The notes: generated from the sequence alone by a model not told the origin. 64,000 nt of DNA from an uncultured delta proteobacterium (GCA_963817385.1 CAWFOM010000012.1:49514-113513), one strand, 5' to 3'. Positions 1-9,924 are shown, counted from the first letter of the stretch. Program-made: numbers and translations.

Positions 1-3
1 AGC

Positions 4-477
4 ATGAGAAAAGCAGATCAAATCGTCGGCGCCATAATCCTGATCTTTTCCGGAAGCATCATTTTTGTAGCCTGGCAAATGCCCCCTGCTCTCGTTTACG
101 GAAGGGCGGTCCCCGGACCCGGGGTCGGCTTTCTCCCCCTCTGGATCGGAATATTGATGGCCTTCTTCTCCGTTCTCCTGATCGTTACCGCCTGGATGCG
201 GCCGGCTGACCCGGAAGAAAAGCCGGTGATGCCGAGCAAGGGAAAATTCTTTAAATCCATGTCGCTTGTGGCGAGCATTGCCGCCTGGATTATACTGATG
301 GAGGTTTTAGGATTTATTGTAGCTACGTTGCTGTTCAGTGCATTCATGTTAGGGGTGCTGCTGCGGGTAAATTGGAAACCGACAATTTTGGTTTCAATAT
401 GCACGGTGATTGCACTCTATCTCATATTCCAGGTTCTTTTTATGATCAATCTCCCGAAGAATATGTTTGGTTTCTAA
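4..477 (+). CDS. tctB: Tripartite tricarboxylate transporter small permease (TctB family)
   Basis: 157 aa, 4-5 hydrophobic segments, GPGxGFxP motif, directly upstream of tctA. Confidence 0.9.
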   Translation: MRKADQIVGAIILIFSGSIIFVAWQMPPALVYGRAVPGPGVGFLPLWIGILMAFFSVLLIVTAWMRPADPEEKPVMPSKGKFFKSMSLVASIAAWIILMEVLGFIVATLLFSAFMLGVLLRVNWKPTILVSICTVIALYLIFQVLFMINLPKNMFGF

Positions 478-546
478 CGGACATTCCTTGCGTATCCGAT
501 GCTGTGGGTATTCAAGGATAAAATGCCGCCTTAAAGAAAGGGGAAT

Positions 547-2055
547 ATGATGGAGGTCTTTCAAAATCTAACCTTGGGTTTCCAAGTCGCCTTATCGGTT
601 CAAAATCTTTTTTTCTGCTTTATCGGCGCATTTCTCGGTACCCTGATCGGCGTGCTGCCGGGGTTGGGACCGGCAGGCGGAGTGGCCATTCTGCTCCCGA
701 TCACTTTCGGCATGGATACGACTGCTGCGTTGATCACGATGGCAGGCCTCTATTTCGGATGTATGTACGGCGGATCGACCACATCCATACTCCTGAATGT
801 TCCGGGCGAAGCTGCGTCGGTGGTGACCTGCCTCGACGGATACCAGATGGCTCTTAAGGGGCGCGCCGGCCCCGCACTCGGGATGGCCGCCATTGCATCC
901 TTCGTTGCGGGCACCGTTTCCGTGCTCTTGCTCACCTTTATCGCGCTTCCATTGGTCAAGGTCGCGTTACTGTTCGGCCCTCCGGAGTATTTCGCGCTGG
1001 CGCTCATGGGCCTGACCCTCGTGACGAGCTTCTCCGGCGATTCGGCGATCAAGGGCGTCATCAGCGGTCTGTTCGGGCTCTTCATCTCGTGTATCGGTGT
1101 CGATATCATCAGCGGAAGCGATCGCTTTACCTTCGGTTATGTCTATTTGATGGACGGCATTAATTTTGTCAGTTTGACGGTAGGTTTTTTTGCCGTGGCG
1201 GAAGTGCTGATCAACATAGAAGAGCCGATTTCCCAGATGTACACGAAGACAAAGCTGACCCTACGCAGTCTGTTCCCGAACTTGCAGGACTGGAAGGATT
1301 CCATCGGCCCGCTGTGGCGAGGCAGCCTCGTCGGTTTTTTTATCGGAGTGCTGCCGGGGGCCGGGCCGACAATCGCCTCCTTTTTATCTTACGGCATTGA
1401 AAAAAAATGTAGCCGGCATCCGGAGAAATTCGGAACGGGGATCATTGAGGGGATTGCCGGACCCGAGGGAGCCAATAATGCCGCAGCCGGAGGAGCCTTC
1501 GTCCCTATGCTCACCCTCGGGATTCCGGGATCGGGAGTCACGGCCATCATCTTAGGCGCAATGATGCTGCATGGAATACGGCCGGGACCGCTGCTTTTCC
1601 AACAAAATCCCGAAATAGTTTGGGGGCTCATTGCCAGCATGTACATCGGAAACGTGATACTCGTCGTCTTAAACCTGCCCCTGGTCGGCATGTGGGCGAG
1701 CATTCTGCGAATTCCTTATAAATTCCTGATGCCTTTGATCATCATCGTCGCTTCGGTCGGAATCTATGCAATGGAAGGGGTCCTCTTTGACCTATGGGTG
1801 ATGCTTGCCTTCGGCGTTATCGGCTATTTCATGCGGAAGCTGAATTTCCCCGCAGCGCCCGCGGTGTTGGCGCTGGTCTTGGGTCCGCTGGTCGAAGGAT
1901 CGCTGAAACAATCGCTCATTATATCCAGGGGAGACTACTCAATCTTTTTTACGCGGCCCATTTCCGCCGTCTTTACTATCGCAGCGCTTGTATCGCTGTT
2001 TATCCCGCTGATCCAATACGGGTTAAGCAAAATGAAAAAGACATCCGTGCTGTAA
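547..2055 (+). CDS. tctA: Tripartite tricarboxylate transporter large permease (TctA)
   Basis: GxLPGLG, MYGGSTTSILLNVPGE, GPEGANNA, PMLTLGIPGS motifs. Confidence 0.95.
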   Translation: MMEVFQNLTLGFQVALSVQNLFFCFIGAFLGTLIGVLPGLGPAGGVAILLPITFGMDTTAALITMAGLYFGCMYGGSTTSILLNVPGEAASVVTCLDGYQMALKGRAGPALGMAAIASFVAGTVSVLLLTFIALPLVKVALLFGPPEYFALALMGLTLVTSFSGDSAIKGVISGLFGLFISCIGVDIISGSDRFTFGYVYLMDGINFVSLTVGFFAVAEVLINIEEPISQMYTKTKLTLRSLFPNLQDWKDSIGPLWRGSLVGFFIGVLPGAGPTIASFLSYGIEKKCSRHPEKFGTGIIEGIAGPEGANNAAAGGAFVPMLTLGIPGSGVTAIILGAMMLHGIRPGPLLFQQNPEIVWGLIASMYIGNVILVVLNLPLVGMWASILRIPYKFLMPLIIIVASVGIYAMEGVLFDLWVMLAFGVIGYFMRKLNFPAAPAVLALVLGPLVEGSLKQSLIISRGDYSIFFTRPISAVFTIAALVSLFIPLIQYGLSKMKKTSVL

Positions 2056-2106
2056 AAGGAACGGCTCTTCAATGCGCGATCTTTCTAAAAAAACAAAAAG
2101 GAGAAA

Positions 2107-3477
2107 GTGATGGATTCAACCAGTAGCGTAATGGTTCGTTTGACACAATACATGGCTCAGGCAAACTCTACGGAGCTTCCCCTTCCGGTGATCCGGAAAG
2201 CCAAGCATCACATCCTGGACACGCTTGCAGCGATGGTCTCCGGCTCGCAACTCAAACCGGGACGCGTAGCCATCGCCTACGCAGAAAAACAGGGAGGACC
2301 CCCCGAGGCGCAGGTGGTTGCCAGCCGGGTCTGCGTCTCAGCGATAAACGCCGCCTTGGCAAACGGAATGCTTGCCCACTCCGATGAGACCGACGATTCC
2401 AACACGTATGCCGGCATCCACCCCGGATGTGCGGTTGTTTCTTCCGCCCTGGCCATGGCGGAACGGGAAGATGCCAGCGGTGCAGAATTCGTCAGGGCAG
2501 TGGTCCTGGGCTACGATATGGGATGCCGGACAATCAAGGCTCTTGGCGGGCGCTTGGCCGTCAGGGGCAGAAACCACCTTCCCTTCAGCATCGGCGGAAC
2601 CATGGGCGCTACATCAGCCGCGGGGAGTCTCGCGGGATTGAGACCGGAACAAATCCCCTATCTGCTCTCCTTCGGCGCGCAGCAAGCCTCGGGAGTCATG
2701 ACCTACCCCCGGGATACCGAGCACATCGAGAAGGCCTTCATCTTCGGGGGTATGGGCGCCCGCAACGGCGTGACAGCCGCCACCATGGTGCAAAGCGGGT
2801 TCACCGGCGTTACCGACGTCTTCAGCGGGACCGGCAACTTCCTTATCGCCTATTCGGAGAAACCCAAGCCCGAGGAGCTGGTGGCAGAGCTGGGATCCCG
2901 TTACGAGGTCATGCTCACCAACATCAAAAAGTACTGTGTGGGCTTCCCCATTCAAACGCCCCTCGACGGCCTGGTGATCATTATGCAGGAGCATCACCTC
3001 GGGGCTGATAACATGGAGCGTATTGAGGTCCGGCTTGATGAGGACGGCGCCAATACGGTGAACGACCGGGAGATGCCGGATATCAACCTCCAGTATCTCT
3101 TTGCCGTCACCCTTCTGGATGGGGACCTCAGTTTCGAAGCCGCCCATTCGGTTGAAAGGATGCAAGATCCCCGGGTGCTGGCGTTTAAGAAGCGGGTGAC
3201 GCTTGTCGGAGACGCGGAGTTGAGCCGCCTCCTGCCGGAACGCCACGCCATGGTAACGGTCACGACCAAAGACGGCCGTACGTTCCAAAAAAAATTGGCG
3301 ACATTCCGCGGCAAATCAGATAACCCGCTTTCCACGGAAGAGGTAGAAAAAAAGTCCTCGGAACTTCTGGAGCCGGTATTGGGCGCCCTGCGGTCCCGCC
3401 AACTCATTGAGGTGGTAAACCGCCTGGAGAGTCTCCCCAGTGTCCGGGATCTGCGGCCGCTGCTGCAGGTAGGGTGA
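2107..3477 (+). CDS. MmgE/PrpD family protein
   Basis: AALANGMLAHSDETDD, IHPG, FRGKSDNPLS; GGAG RBS. Confidence 0.9.
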   Translation: MMDSTSSVMVRLTQYMAQANSTELPLPVIRKAKHHILDTLAAMVSGSQLKPGRVAIAYAEKQGGPPEAQVVASRVCVSAINAALANGMLAHSDETDDSNTYAGIHPGCAVVSSALAMAEREDASGAEFVRAVVLGYDMGCRTIKALGGRLAVRGRNHLPFSIGGTMGATSAAGSLAGLRPEQIPYLLSFGAQQASGVMTYPRDTEHIEKAFIFGGMGARNGVTAATMVQSGFTGVTDVFSGTGNFLIAYSEKPKPEELVAELGSRYEVMLTNIKKYCVGFPIQTPLDGLVIIMQEHHLGADNMERIEVRLDEDGANTVNDREMPDINLQYLFAVTLLDGDLSFEAAHSVERMQDPRVLAFKKRVTLVGDAELSRLLPERHAMVTVTTKDGRTFQKKLATFRGKSDNPLSTEEVEKKSSELLEPVLGALRSRQLIEVVNRLESLPSVRDLRPLLQVG

Positions 3478-3748
3478 ACCGCGGGCACGGTCCCGTAATT
3501 GACCATCCGGACTTTCGGGGACTACTCCGGCTTCAAACCGCGCTGCCGTATTCTGGTCACGGACAGTTGCTTTTACGGGAAAGGTAAGTTCCGGGTGGCG
3601 TCTCTCTGGGGTTGAAAACCTGGAATCAACGTTCCGGAATCCTGACGACTTCCATTGATGAACCAATGGGGATGCCCAGCTTACCCTCGGTTAATCCGAC
3701 CGGGCGGATCGGAATCGGGTATAGACGGGGAGAAATGGGGAGATGTGC

Positions 3749-4378
3749 ATGCGGAACTACTGGAACAATCGGTTTAGCAAAGAGGGCCGGATCTGGGGTG
3801 ATTCTCCCAGCCGGACGACCCTTCTGGCACGGGAGCTCTTCCGGCGCAACGGAGTGAAGAAGATCCTTATTCCCGGCGCCGGGTATGGACGGCATGTCGA
3901 TTTTTTTACCGTGGAGGGTTTTGTCGTCCACGGCATCGAGATCTCGGACGTCGCCATCGGCCTTGCCGCTCAACCGGAGGGGAAGGTCGTCCTGTACCGC
4001 GGATCGGTCCTCGACATGCCCTTCAGCGACGACATCTATGACGCGGTCTACTGCTTCAATCTCCTCCACTTCTTCCGTGCCGCTGACCGGGGGACCCTGA
4101 TCGGCAAATGCGCCGATCAGCTCCGGCCGGGGGGCGTGCTCTTCTTTATCGTCTTCTCCGAGAAAGAGCCGACGTACGGGAAGGGAGAGAGGGTCGAGGA
4201 AGGCACATTCGAGAGCAAACCGGGGCGGCCGACCCACTTCTTCACGGAGGCGGATCTTAAGAGCCACTTCGAGGCCTTCGATATCCTGGAGACGGGTATC
4301 ACCGAGGATCAGGAGTGTCACGGTGACGAGGGCCCCCATATCCATCTCCTCCGCACCATCGCCGCGCGCAAGGGGTGA
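3749..4378 (+). CDS. Class I SAM-dependent methyltransferase
   Basis: ILIPGAGYGRH motif I, GIEIS, YDAVY, LRPGG. Confidence 0.85.
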   Translation: MRNYWNNRFSKEGRIWGDSPSRTTLLARELFRRNGVKKILIPGAGYGRHVDFFTVEGFVVHGIEISDVAIGLAAQPEGKVVLYRGSVLDMPFSDDIYDAVYCFNLLHFFRAADRGTLIGKCADQLRPGGVLFFIVFSEKEPTYGKGERVEEGTFESKPGRPTHFFTEADLKSHFEAFDILETGITEDQECHGDEGPHIHLLRTIAARKG

Positions 4379-4576
4379 ACAGCGTTTACACTCGGTTCCT
4401 TCTGTTCCGGGGGAATGAACACCAACGAGCATGGAAAGGATAACGGTGCGGGAACACTGAGGGGCCGGCGGATAGAGACAAATGGGGCGCCGGCGCGCGG
4501 CAGTGAGCCATGGCCGGATTAAGGTGACAGGGGATAATCCCGGACACGGTCCACGATCCGTCGGCTTGAGAATGAG

Positions 4577-4609
4577 GGAGGCCTCGCGAACGATGTTCGC
4601 GGGGCCTCC
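4577..4609. terminator. Strong hairpin between convergent methyltransferase and metK
   Basis: GGAGGCCTCGCGAAC-GAT-GTTCGCGGGGCCTCC inverted repeat; no clear U-tract. Confidence 0.55.
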
Positions 4610-4644
4610 GGGTATATGCGGTCGAGCTTGAGCGACGGCCGGGT

Positions 4645-5832
4645 TTACTTGCCCGCGGCTTTCTTGAGTTCCTTGACCCTGTCAGTCTTCTCCCAGGGGT
4701 AGTCGTCCATAAAGAGCGTTCGGGGGATGCGGCGATAGATGTTGCTGTTGAGAAGGTCGAAGCGTTGGATCATCCCCGCCGGCGTTAGGTCGAAGAGCTT
4801 CTCGATGATCTTCTCCAGCTTTTTGTTGCTGATCTTGCCCGTGCCGAAAGTGTCTACGTAGATCGAGAAGGGGCAGGCGATCCCGATCGCGTAGGCGAGC
4901 TGCACCGAGCACTTTTTCGCCAGACCGGCGGCGACGATGTTCTTCGCGACGTAACGCGACCCGAAGGCGGCGGAGCAGTCCACCTTCTCCGGCGACTTGT
5001 TGACGACGGCGCCGCCCCCCATCTGGGCGCCGGGGTAACCCCCGTAACACTGGACGACCAGCTTCCGGCCGGTAACGCCTGAATCGGCGGCGCTGCACGA
5101 GTTGACCGCCTTCCACTCGCCGGTCGGGTTGAAGAGGAATTCGGTTTTCTTGTCGACGCAACCATCCAGGCTGTCGAAGGCGATCTTGCGGGCCCGCTTC
5201 TCGAGGGCGCAATGGTCCTTCTCCTTCCCCTTCGCGTAGCGGTAGTCGATGGCGTTGGACATCAGGACCTTGACCAGCCGGAGCGGCTTCCCCGTCTTCT
5301 CGTCGTACTCCACCGATACCTGCCCCTTGCCGTCCGGGGCGAAGATCGGGTCGCCGCAGTTCTCGAAAGCCCGCATCATTCGGTTGACGAGGACGTAGGT
5401 GAGCGGGAGGAGTTCCGGGGTCTCGTCACAGGCATAGCCGTACATGATCCCTTGGTCGCCGGCGCCGATCTCCTTATACTTGCCGGCGTCGGCTCGTGTA
5501 CCGATATTGATGTCGGGCGACTGGGGGATGATGGCGTTAAGGACCCCGAGGGAGTTGCCGTTCAGACCGACCGCCGAATCATTGTAGCCGAGGGAAAGGA
5601 CCGTCTCCCGGACGCACTTGTCCAGGTCGATCCAGGCCCGCGTGCTGACCTCGCCGCCGACGACGCAGAGCCCCTTGCCGAGGAAGACCTCGATGCCGCA
5701 GTGGGGCATGGTATTGATGTCCATTCCTTTTTTGTGTTCCCGGTCCAGGATGGCGGCGATGATGTTGGCCGCGATCATGTCCGCGACGATGTCCGGGTGT
5801 CCGACCTTTACGCTTTCCGATGAAATCTGCAT
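4645..5832 (-). CDS. metK: S-adenosylmethionine synthetase (divergent)
   Basis: SESV..GHPD, QSPDI, GAGDQG, DSGVTGRK, KVD, YPWE; start moved to ATG 5832 with AGGAG RBS. Confidence 0.92.
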   Translation of the reverse strand: MQISSESVKVGHPDIVADMIAANIIAAILDREHKKGMDINTMPHCGIEVFLGKGLCVVGGEVSTRAWIDLDKCVRETVLSLGYNDSAVGLNGNSLGVLNAIIPQSPDINIGTRADAGKYKEIGAGDQGIMYGYACDETPELLPLTYVLVNRMMRAFENCGDPIFAPDGKGQVSVEYDEKTGKPLRLVKVLMSNAIDYRYAKGKEKDHCALEKRARKIAFDSLDGCVDKKTEFLFNPTGEWKAVNSCSAADSGVTGRKLVVQCYGGYPGAQMGGGAVVNKSPEKVDCSAAFGSRYVAKNIVAAGLAKKCSVQLAYAIGIACPFSIYVDTFGTGKISNKKLEKIIEKLFDLTPAGMIQRFDLLNSNIYRRIPRTLFMDDYPWEKTDRVKELKKAAGK

Positions 5833-5856
5833 GGTGATTCTCCTGTTAAGTAACGC

Positions 5857-5880
5857 AAAACCCGCGCCAGAGCGCGGGTT
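5857..5880 (-). terminator. Leader terminator hairpin upstream of metK RBS
   Basis: AACCCGCGC-TCTG-GCGCGGGTT-TT on minus strand; short U-tract. Confidence 0.55.
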
Positions 5881-5894
5881 CATGATCATTTTCC

Positions 5895-5945
5895 GGCGCT
5901 TTAGCACATTTATATAGCGGAGCAATTGACCTGTAAATTCCCGCT
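5895..5945 (-). ncRNA. SAM-II-like riboswitch aptamer
   Basis: Minus strand AGCGG-GAAUUUACAGGUCAAUUGCU-CCGCU-AUAUAAAUGU-GCUAAAGCGCC: P1, AUUU loop, UUGC/GC(U)AA pseudoknot; lies upstream of metK. Confidence 0.7.
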
Positions 5946-5953
5946 TGGGGGTT

Positions 5954-5982
5954 CTCATAGGATATGGCGAATGAAATGTCAA
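5954..5982 (-). promoter_or_regulatory. sigma70-type promoter of metK
   Basis: TTGACA-17 nt-TATGAG immediately before the aptamer. Confidence 0.6.
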
Positions 5983-6035
5983 GGAAAAAGTACGACGGGG
6001 ATAGGGAGGATCGATGGCGTGTGCCGATGCTCACC

Positions 6036-7193
6036 CTATCGGCACGCGCCTCCAGAGCGGTGCCTTCCGGGTACGGTGAGTGCACCCCCTGATAGAAGCA
6101 TGAGTGCATTGACCCAGAAGACGGGAAATATCCCGAACGCCGAGCCGATCGCTCCGAACACGACCGGACCGACCATGCGCGCCAGATGATTTACGGTGAT
6201 GCGCAAGCCCAGGACCTCGCCGGAGTGGCCTTCCGTGGAGGTGCTGAAGGTCAGCATCATGGTGATCGGCTGGCCGCAGCCCATACCGAGCCCGAACGTG
6301 AACGAGAGCAGCGAGAGTACTACCGAGTCGGTAAAGAACGGCACCAGTATCAGGCTTACCGCTCCGAGGAAAAACGCGTAGGCCAGGACTGTTCCCTCGC
6401 CCAGCCAGGCGAGGAGCCTCGGCATGATCAGCCGCACGACGAACGCGGCCGCCGAGAACATGGCAAGCACGACGCCGATGACGGTACCGGAGAGCCCGAT
6501 GCCGTGTCCATAAATCGGGATGTAGAACTGGAACAGGGCAATACCGGTCACAATCAGGCTGCTGGTAACCAGCACTTTCCAGAGGCCGGAGCTCGTCAGC
6601 ATGTCGCGGATGCTTCCGGCGGGGGGGGCATCGCGCGAACCTCCGGGGAGGGTGCCGCCCCAGATCGCAAGCATCAGGACCGGCGCAAGCGAGAGCGCCA
6701 CGAGGTAGAGACAGGCAACAGCAGGGCCGGAGTGATCGATCGAAAATCCCGCCAGCAGCGGTCCGAGAAAGCTGGTGAACGACACCATCAAGCTGAAATT
6801 GCTGAAGTTCAGGGCGCGGTTCTGCGGCTCGCTCAGAAGCCCCACCAGGTTCTGCAGGGAGACGGCGTAGAACGCGAACGACAGGCCGTTGAGCACCGCC
6901 GCGGTATAGAGAGCGGGAAGCCCGGGAAAGAAATAGGGCACCAGCATGCCGCCGGCGCCGCCGGCGGCGCCGAACATGAGCGGCCAGCGCGAACCGAAGC
7001 GGTCGGAAAGTTTGCCGACCTGCCACGACAGGAGCATCGGCAACACGGAAAACGTCGCGGCGAGGATGCCGATGGCAAAGGGCTGCGCACCGAGTTTCAG
7101 CGCGTATAGTGCAAGCAGGACTCGGCCCGCCTGCACGCTGGTCATGTTGAACAACACCAGGGCAAAGGTAAAATAGATGGGTAGCAGGCTCAA
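6036..7193 (-). CDS. MFS transporter
   Basis: ~12 TM segments, GKLSDRFGSR motif A. Confidence 0.9.
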   Translation of the reverse strand: MSLLPIYFTFALVLFNMTSVQAGRVLLALYALKLGAQPFAIGILAATFSVLPMLLSWQVGKLSDRFGSRWPLMFGAAGGAGGMLVPYFFPGLPALYTAAVLNGLSFAFYAVSLQNLVGLLSEPQNRALNFSNFSLMVSFTSFLGPLLAGFSIDHSGPAVACLYLVALSLAPVLMLAIWGGTLPGGSRDAPPAGSIRDMLTSSGLWKVLVTSSLIVTGIALFQFYIPIYGHGIGLSGTVIGVVLAMFSAAAFVVRLIMPRLLAWLGEGTVLAYAFFLGAVSLILVPFFTDSVVLSLLSFTFGLGMGCGQPITMMLTFSTSTEGHSGEVLGLRITVNHLARMVGPVVFGAIGSAFGIFPVFWVNALMLLSGGALTVPGRHRSGGACR

Positions 7194-7220
7194 AATTCTT
7201 AACGACTCACTTTTCCTGAC

Positions 7221-8408
7221 TCAGAACCGCGGTTCCTGAAGGTACAGGTCGATCGGTTCGGTGTAGTACAGTGTCTCGCTCAAGGACAGCGTGCCGGAGG
7301 CAACGTCGATGACGGTGCGGTAGAGTCGTTCGCCCACCTCCTCGGGGGTCTCTGACCCCTCGATGACCGTGCCCGAGTAGAAGTCGATGCTGTCCATGGC
7401 AGCCGCATACGTCCGGGGATTGGCGGTCGCCCACAGGAAAGGCGCCACCACCGAGGGCGAACCTTCCAGGAGGGTCCGGCCGGCCACGCCGCCGCCCCCG
7501 AGTTGGAACAACACGACGTTGGCGCCCGCCGCCGCGTATCCGGCGAATATGGACAGGTGCCCCATCCAGTTATCGACGAAATACAGGCCCTTGCGCGTCG
7601 GCCGCTCCGCGTACTTCAGCACGCCCTGGATCGGCGCGGTCCCCGCCTTGTGGATCGCCCCGAGGCTTTTCTCCTCCAACGAACTGATCCCGCCTTTGAT
7701 GTTGGACGGCACCGGGTTTACGGTACGGATGTCCAACCCGGTGGCCTTGGCCCGGTCCTCCTGAACCGTCACGGCGCGGAGGATCGCCTCGGCGACCTCC
7801 GGGCGTGCGGCGCGCCGCACCAGGGCCTCCTCGGCCCCGATAATCTCCGTGGTCTCACCGAAGAGGGCTGTGCCTCCGGCGGCCACGACCTTGTCGTACA
7901 GATACCCGATTGCCGGGTTTCCGGCGATCCCCGATGTCGTGTCGGAGTAGCCGCATTTCACCCCGAGGCAGAGGTGCTCATCCTCGACCATCTCCCGGCG
8001 CAACTTCGATGCCTCGTGCACCATCCGGCGGGCCATCTGGATCCCCTTGAAGATAGCGCCGTAGGTCCCGCCGTCCTTCGCCGGGTCCAGCATCTCCACC
8101 CTCTTGCCGCTCGCCGCGATCTCGTCCGCCAGCCGCTCGGCCCTCAGTTCCGGGTAGCCGGCGCCGGGGCTGGCGGCGTGGACGATGACCGAGGCTACGT
8201 TGGGGTTCCGGCCGAGGCCGATGAGGATCCGGGCGATCTGCTCACGGTCGTTTGCCGTGCGGCCGGAGCCGTGATCTGCGGTCAGGATGGTTTTCGTGCC
8301 GGCGACGAAATCGCAGACCGACTTGGCGATGATCCCCTGGGGGATCACCAGGACATAGTTACGCGTGCCGACCGAGCCGTCGGATCGGACATAGCCCCGG
8401 AAGCTCAT
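7221..8408 (-). CDS. UxaA/GarD/SuyB-family dehydratase or lyase, large subunit (divergent)
   Basis: FRGYVRSDGSVGTRN, KCGYSDTTSG..GNPAIG, GETTEIIGAE, GGISSLEEKSLG. Confidence 0.88.
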   Translation of the reverse strand: MSFRGYVRSDGSVGTRNYVLVIPQGIIAKSVCDFVAGTKTILTADHGSGRTANDREQIARILIGLGRNPNVASVIVHAASPGAGYPELRAERLADEIAASGKRVEMLDPAKDGGTYGAIFKGIQMARRMVHEASKLRREMVEDEHLCLGVKCGYSDTTSGIAGNPAIGYLYDKVVAAGGTALFGETTEIIGAEEALVRRAARPEVAEAILRAVTVQEDRAKATGLDIRTVNPVPSNIKGGISSLEEKSLGAIHKAGTAPIQGVLKYAERPTRKGLYFVDNWMGHLSIFAGYAAAGANVVLFQLGGGGVAGRTLLEGSPSVVAPFLWATANPRTYAAAMDSIDFYSGTVIEGSETPEEVGERLYRTVIDVASGTLSLSETLYYTEPIDLYLQEPRF

Positions 8409-8713
8409 CGTTTGCCGCTCCTTTCGAGGTCGCCCCGGGCGCGCGTGCCTTCCAGGTTATGGATGTGGACCAGGTTCCCCTTGGCGATAGCCGTGCCGGC
8501 CCGACCGATCGTCTCTCCGTACTTCCGGATGATCGCCCCCCGGGGAATGTCCTGCAGGGCGAGCTTGAAGCCGAAGGGGATCGTCTCCGCGGCGCGGAGC
8601 GTGAGTGCGCCTCCCGCCACCGGGATCGACACCTCCTCCCCCGCCTGGATCTCTTCCACGGCGGTGGCCACGTTGTCATTCGGGTGCATGATGAGTGCGC
8701 GTTTTGACGGCAT
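8405..8713 (-). CDS. UxaA-family SAF-domain small subunit
   Basis: DNVATA, IPFGFKLAL, IRKYGETIG, VHIHN; overlaps start of large subunit (ATGA). Confidence 0.9.
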   Translation of the reverse strand: MPSKRALIMHPNDNVATAVEEIQAGEEVSIPVAGGALTLRAAETIPFGFKLALQDIPRGAIIRKYGETIGRAGTAIAKGNLVHIHNLEGTRARGDLERSGKR

Positions 8714-8973
8714 GCCGTACGGTCTTTCCTCCCGGATTCTTCCCGCAAGACCATCGAGCGAGTTTTGATAAGGACTTGCTTGTGTCCGGGGTGAGAATAA
8801 GAGAAGAGCGCTTGCATGTCAATGAAATAATGGCCCGGAGATGCAGGCGGCAGTGCCGGTGATTGCCGCCGGACATTTCAGCGCTGCGGATTGCGGTCCG
8901 TTTCTTGCGGTGCGGGGGCAAAGCCGATCTGCACGTGTGTTGCCTTTTCGGGGGGAAATGGTATATTTAGTTT

Positions 8974-9924
8974 ATGGAGAAAATCCGCCTTGGCGTCAGC
9001 GCCTGCCTTCTCGGGAAAAACGTTCGTTACGACGGGGGGCATGCACTGGATCGCTTCTTGAGGGATACCCTGGGAAAGTACATTCAATATGTGCCCGTTT
9101 GCCCCGAGGTGGAATGCGGTTTCGGCATTCCGCGGGAAACGCTCCGCCTTACGGGCGACCCGAAGCGGCCGCGCCTGGTGACGGGCCGCACGGGCATCGA
9201 TCACACCGACCGCATGAAGGCCTGGGCCGCGTCTGCGGGTCGGCCGAGCTCGAGCATGAGGACCTCTCCGGGTTCATTTTTAAAAGCGGCTCTCCATCGA
9301 GCGGAATGGCGCGGGTGAGGGTATATGACGACAGGGGAGTGCCCCGAAAAGTCGGGGTGGGCGTCTTCGCCCGGATATTCATGGAGCACTTCCCGCTGAC
9401 GCCGGTTGAGGAGGATGGCCGGCTTCACGATCCGATCCTGCGGGAGAACTTCATCGATCGCATCTTTACCTGCCGGCGCTACCGCGAGATCAGGGAGGAG
9501 AAAAACCGCATCAGGAGTATTGTGGATTTTCACACGAGTCATAAACTTCTTCTCATGGCGTACAGCCCGAGGCATCTTCAGCAGATGGGTCAACTCGTAG
9601 CCCATGCCAGGGAACTCCCGGCAAAGGAACTGATCGGACGGTACGAGAGACTCCTCATGGAGGCCATGGCGCTCAAATCATCAACGAGGAAGCACACCGA
9701 TGTCCTGCATCACATGATGGGCTATTTCAAGAAGAACCTCTCCGCCGATGAGAAGCAGGAACTGATCGAGGTCATTGACGAATACCGCCGGGGGACTCAT
9801 CCCCCTGATCGTCCCGATAACGCTCATGAACCATTATGTGAGGAAATACCACGAACCCTACCTGAAAGGGCAAATCTATCTCAATCCCCACCCGGTGGAG
9901 TTGCAACTCCGCAACCACGTATGA
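8974..9924 (+). pseudogene. DUF523 (2-thiouracil desulfurase-like)-DUF1722 (YbgA) fusion, two frameshifts
   Basis: GVSACLLG..VRYDGGH, VCPEVECG, SPSSGM, EEDGRL.D...RENF, LRNHV* spread over three frames (shifts ~9235 and ~9800); may be sequencing error. Confidence 0.85.

Noticed and set aside
3480..3745. Possible SAM riboswitch or hidden junction upstream of the methyltransferase
   Set aside because: No SAM-I/II consensus visible and no clear breakpoint evidence
5833..5982. N-terminal extension of MetK in the ORF track
   Set aside because: Overlaps the promoter, riboswitch and terminator; a good RBS precedes ATG 5832
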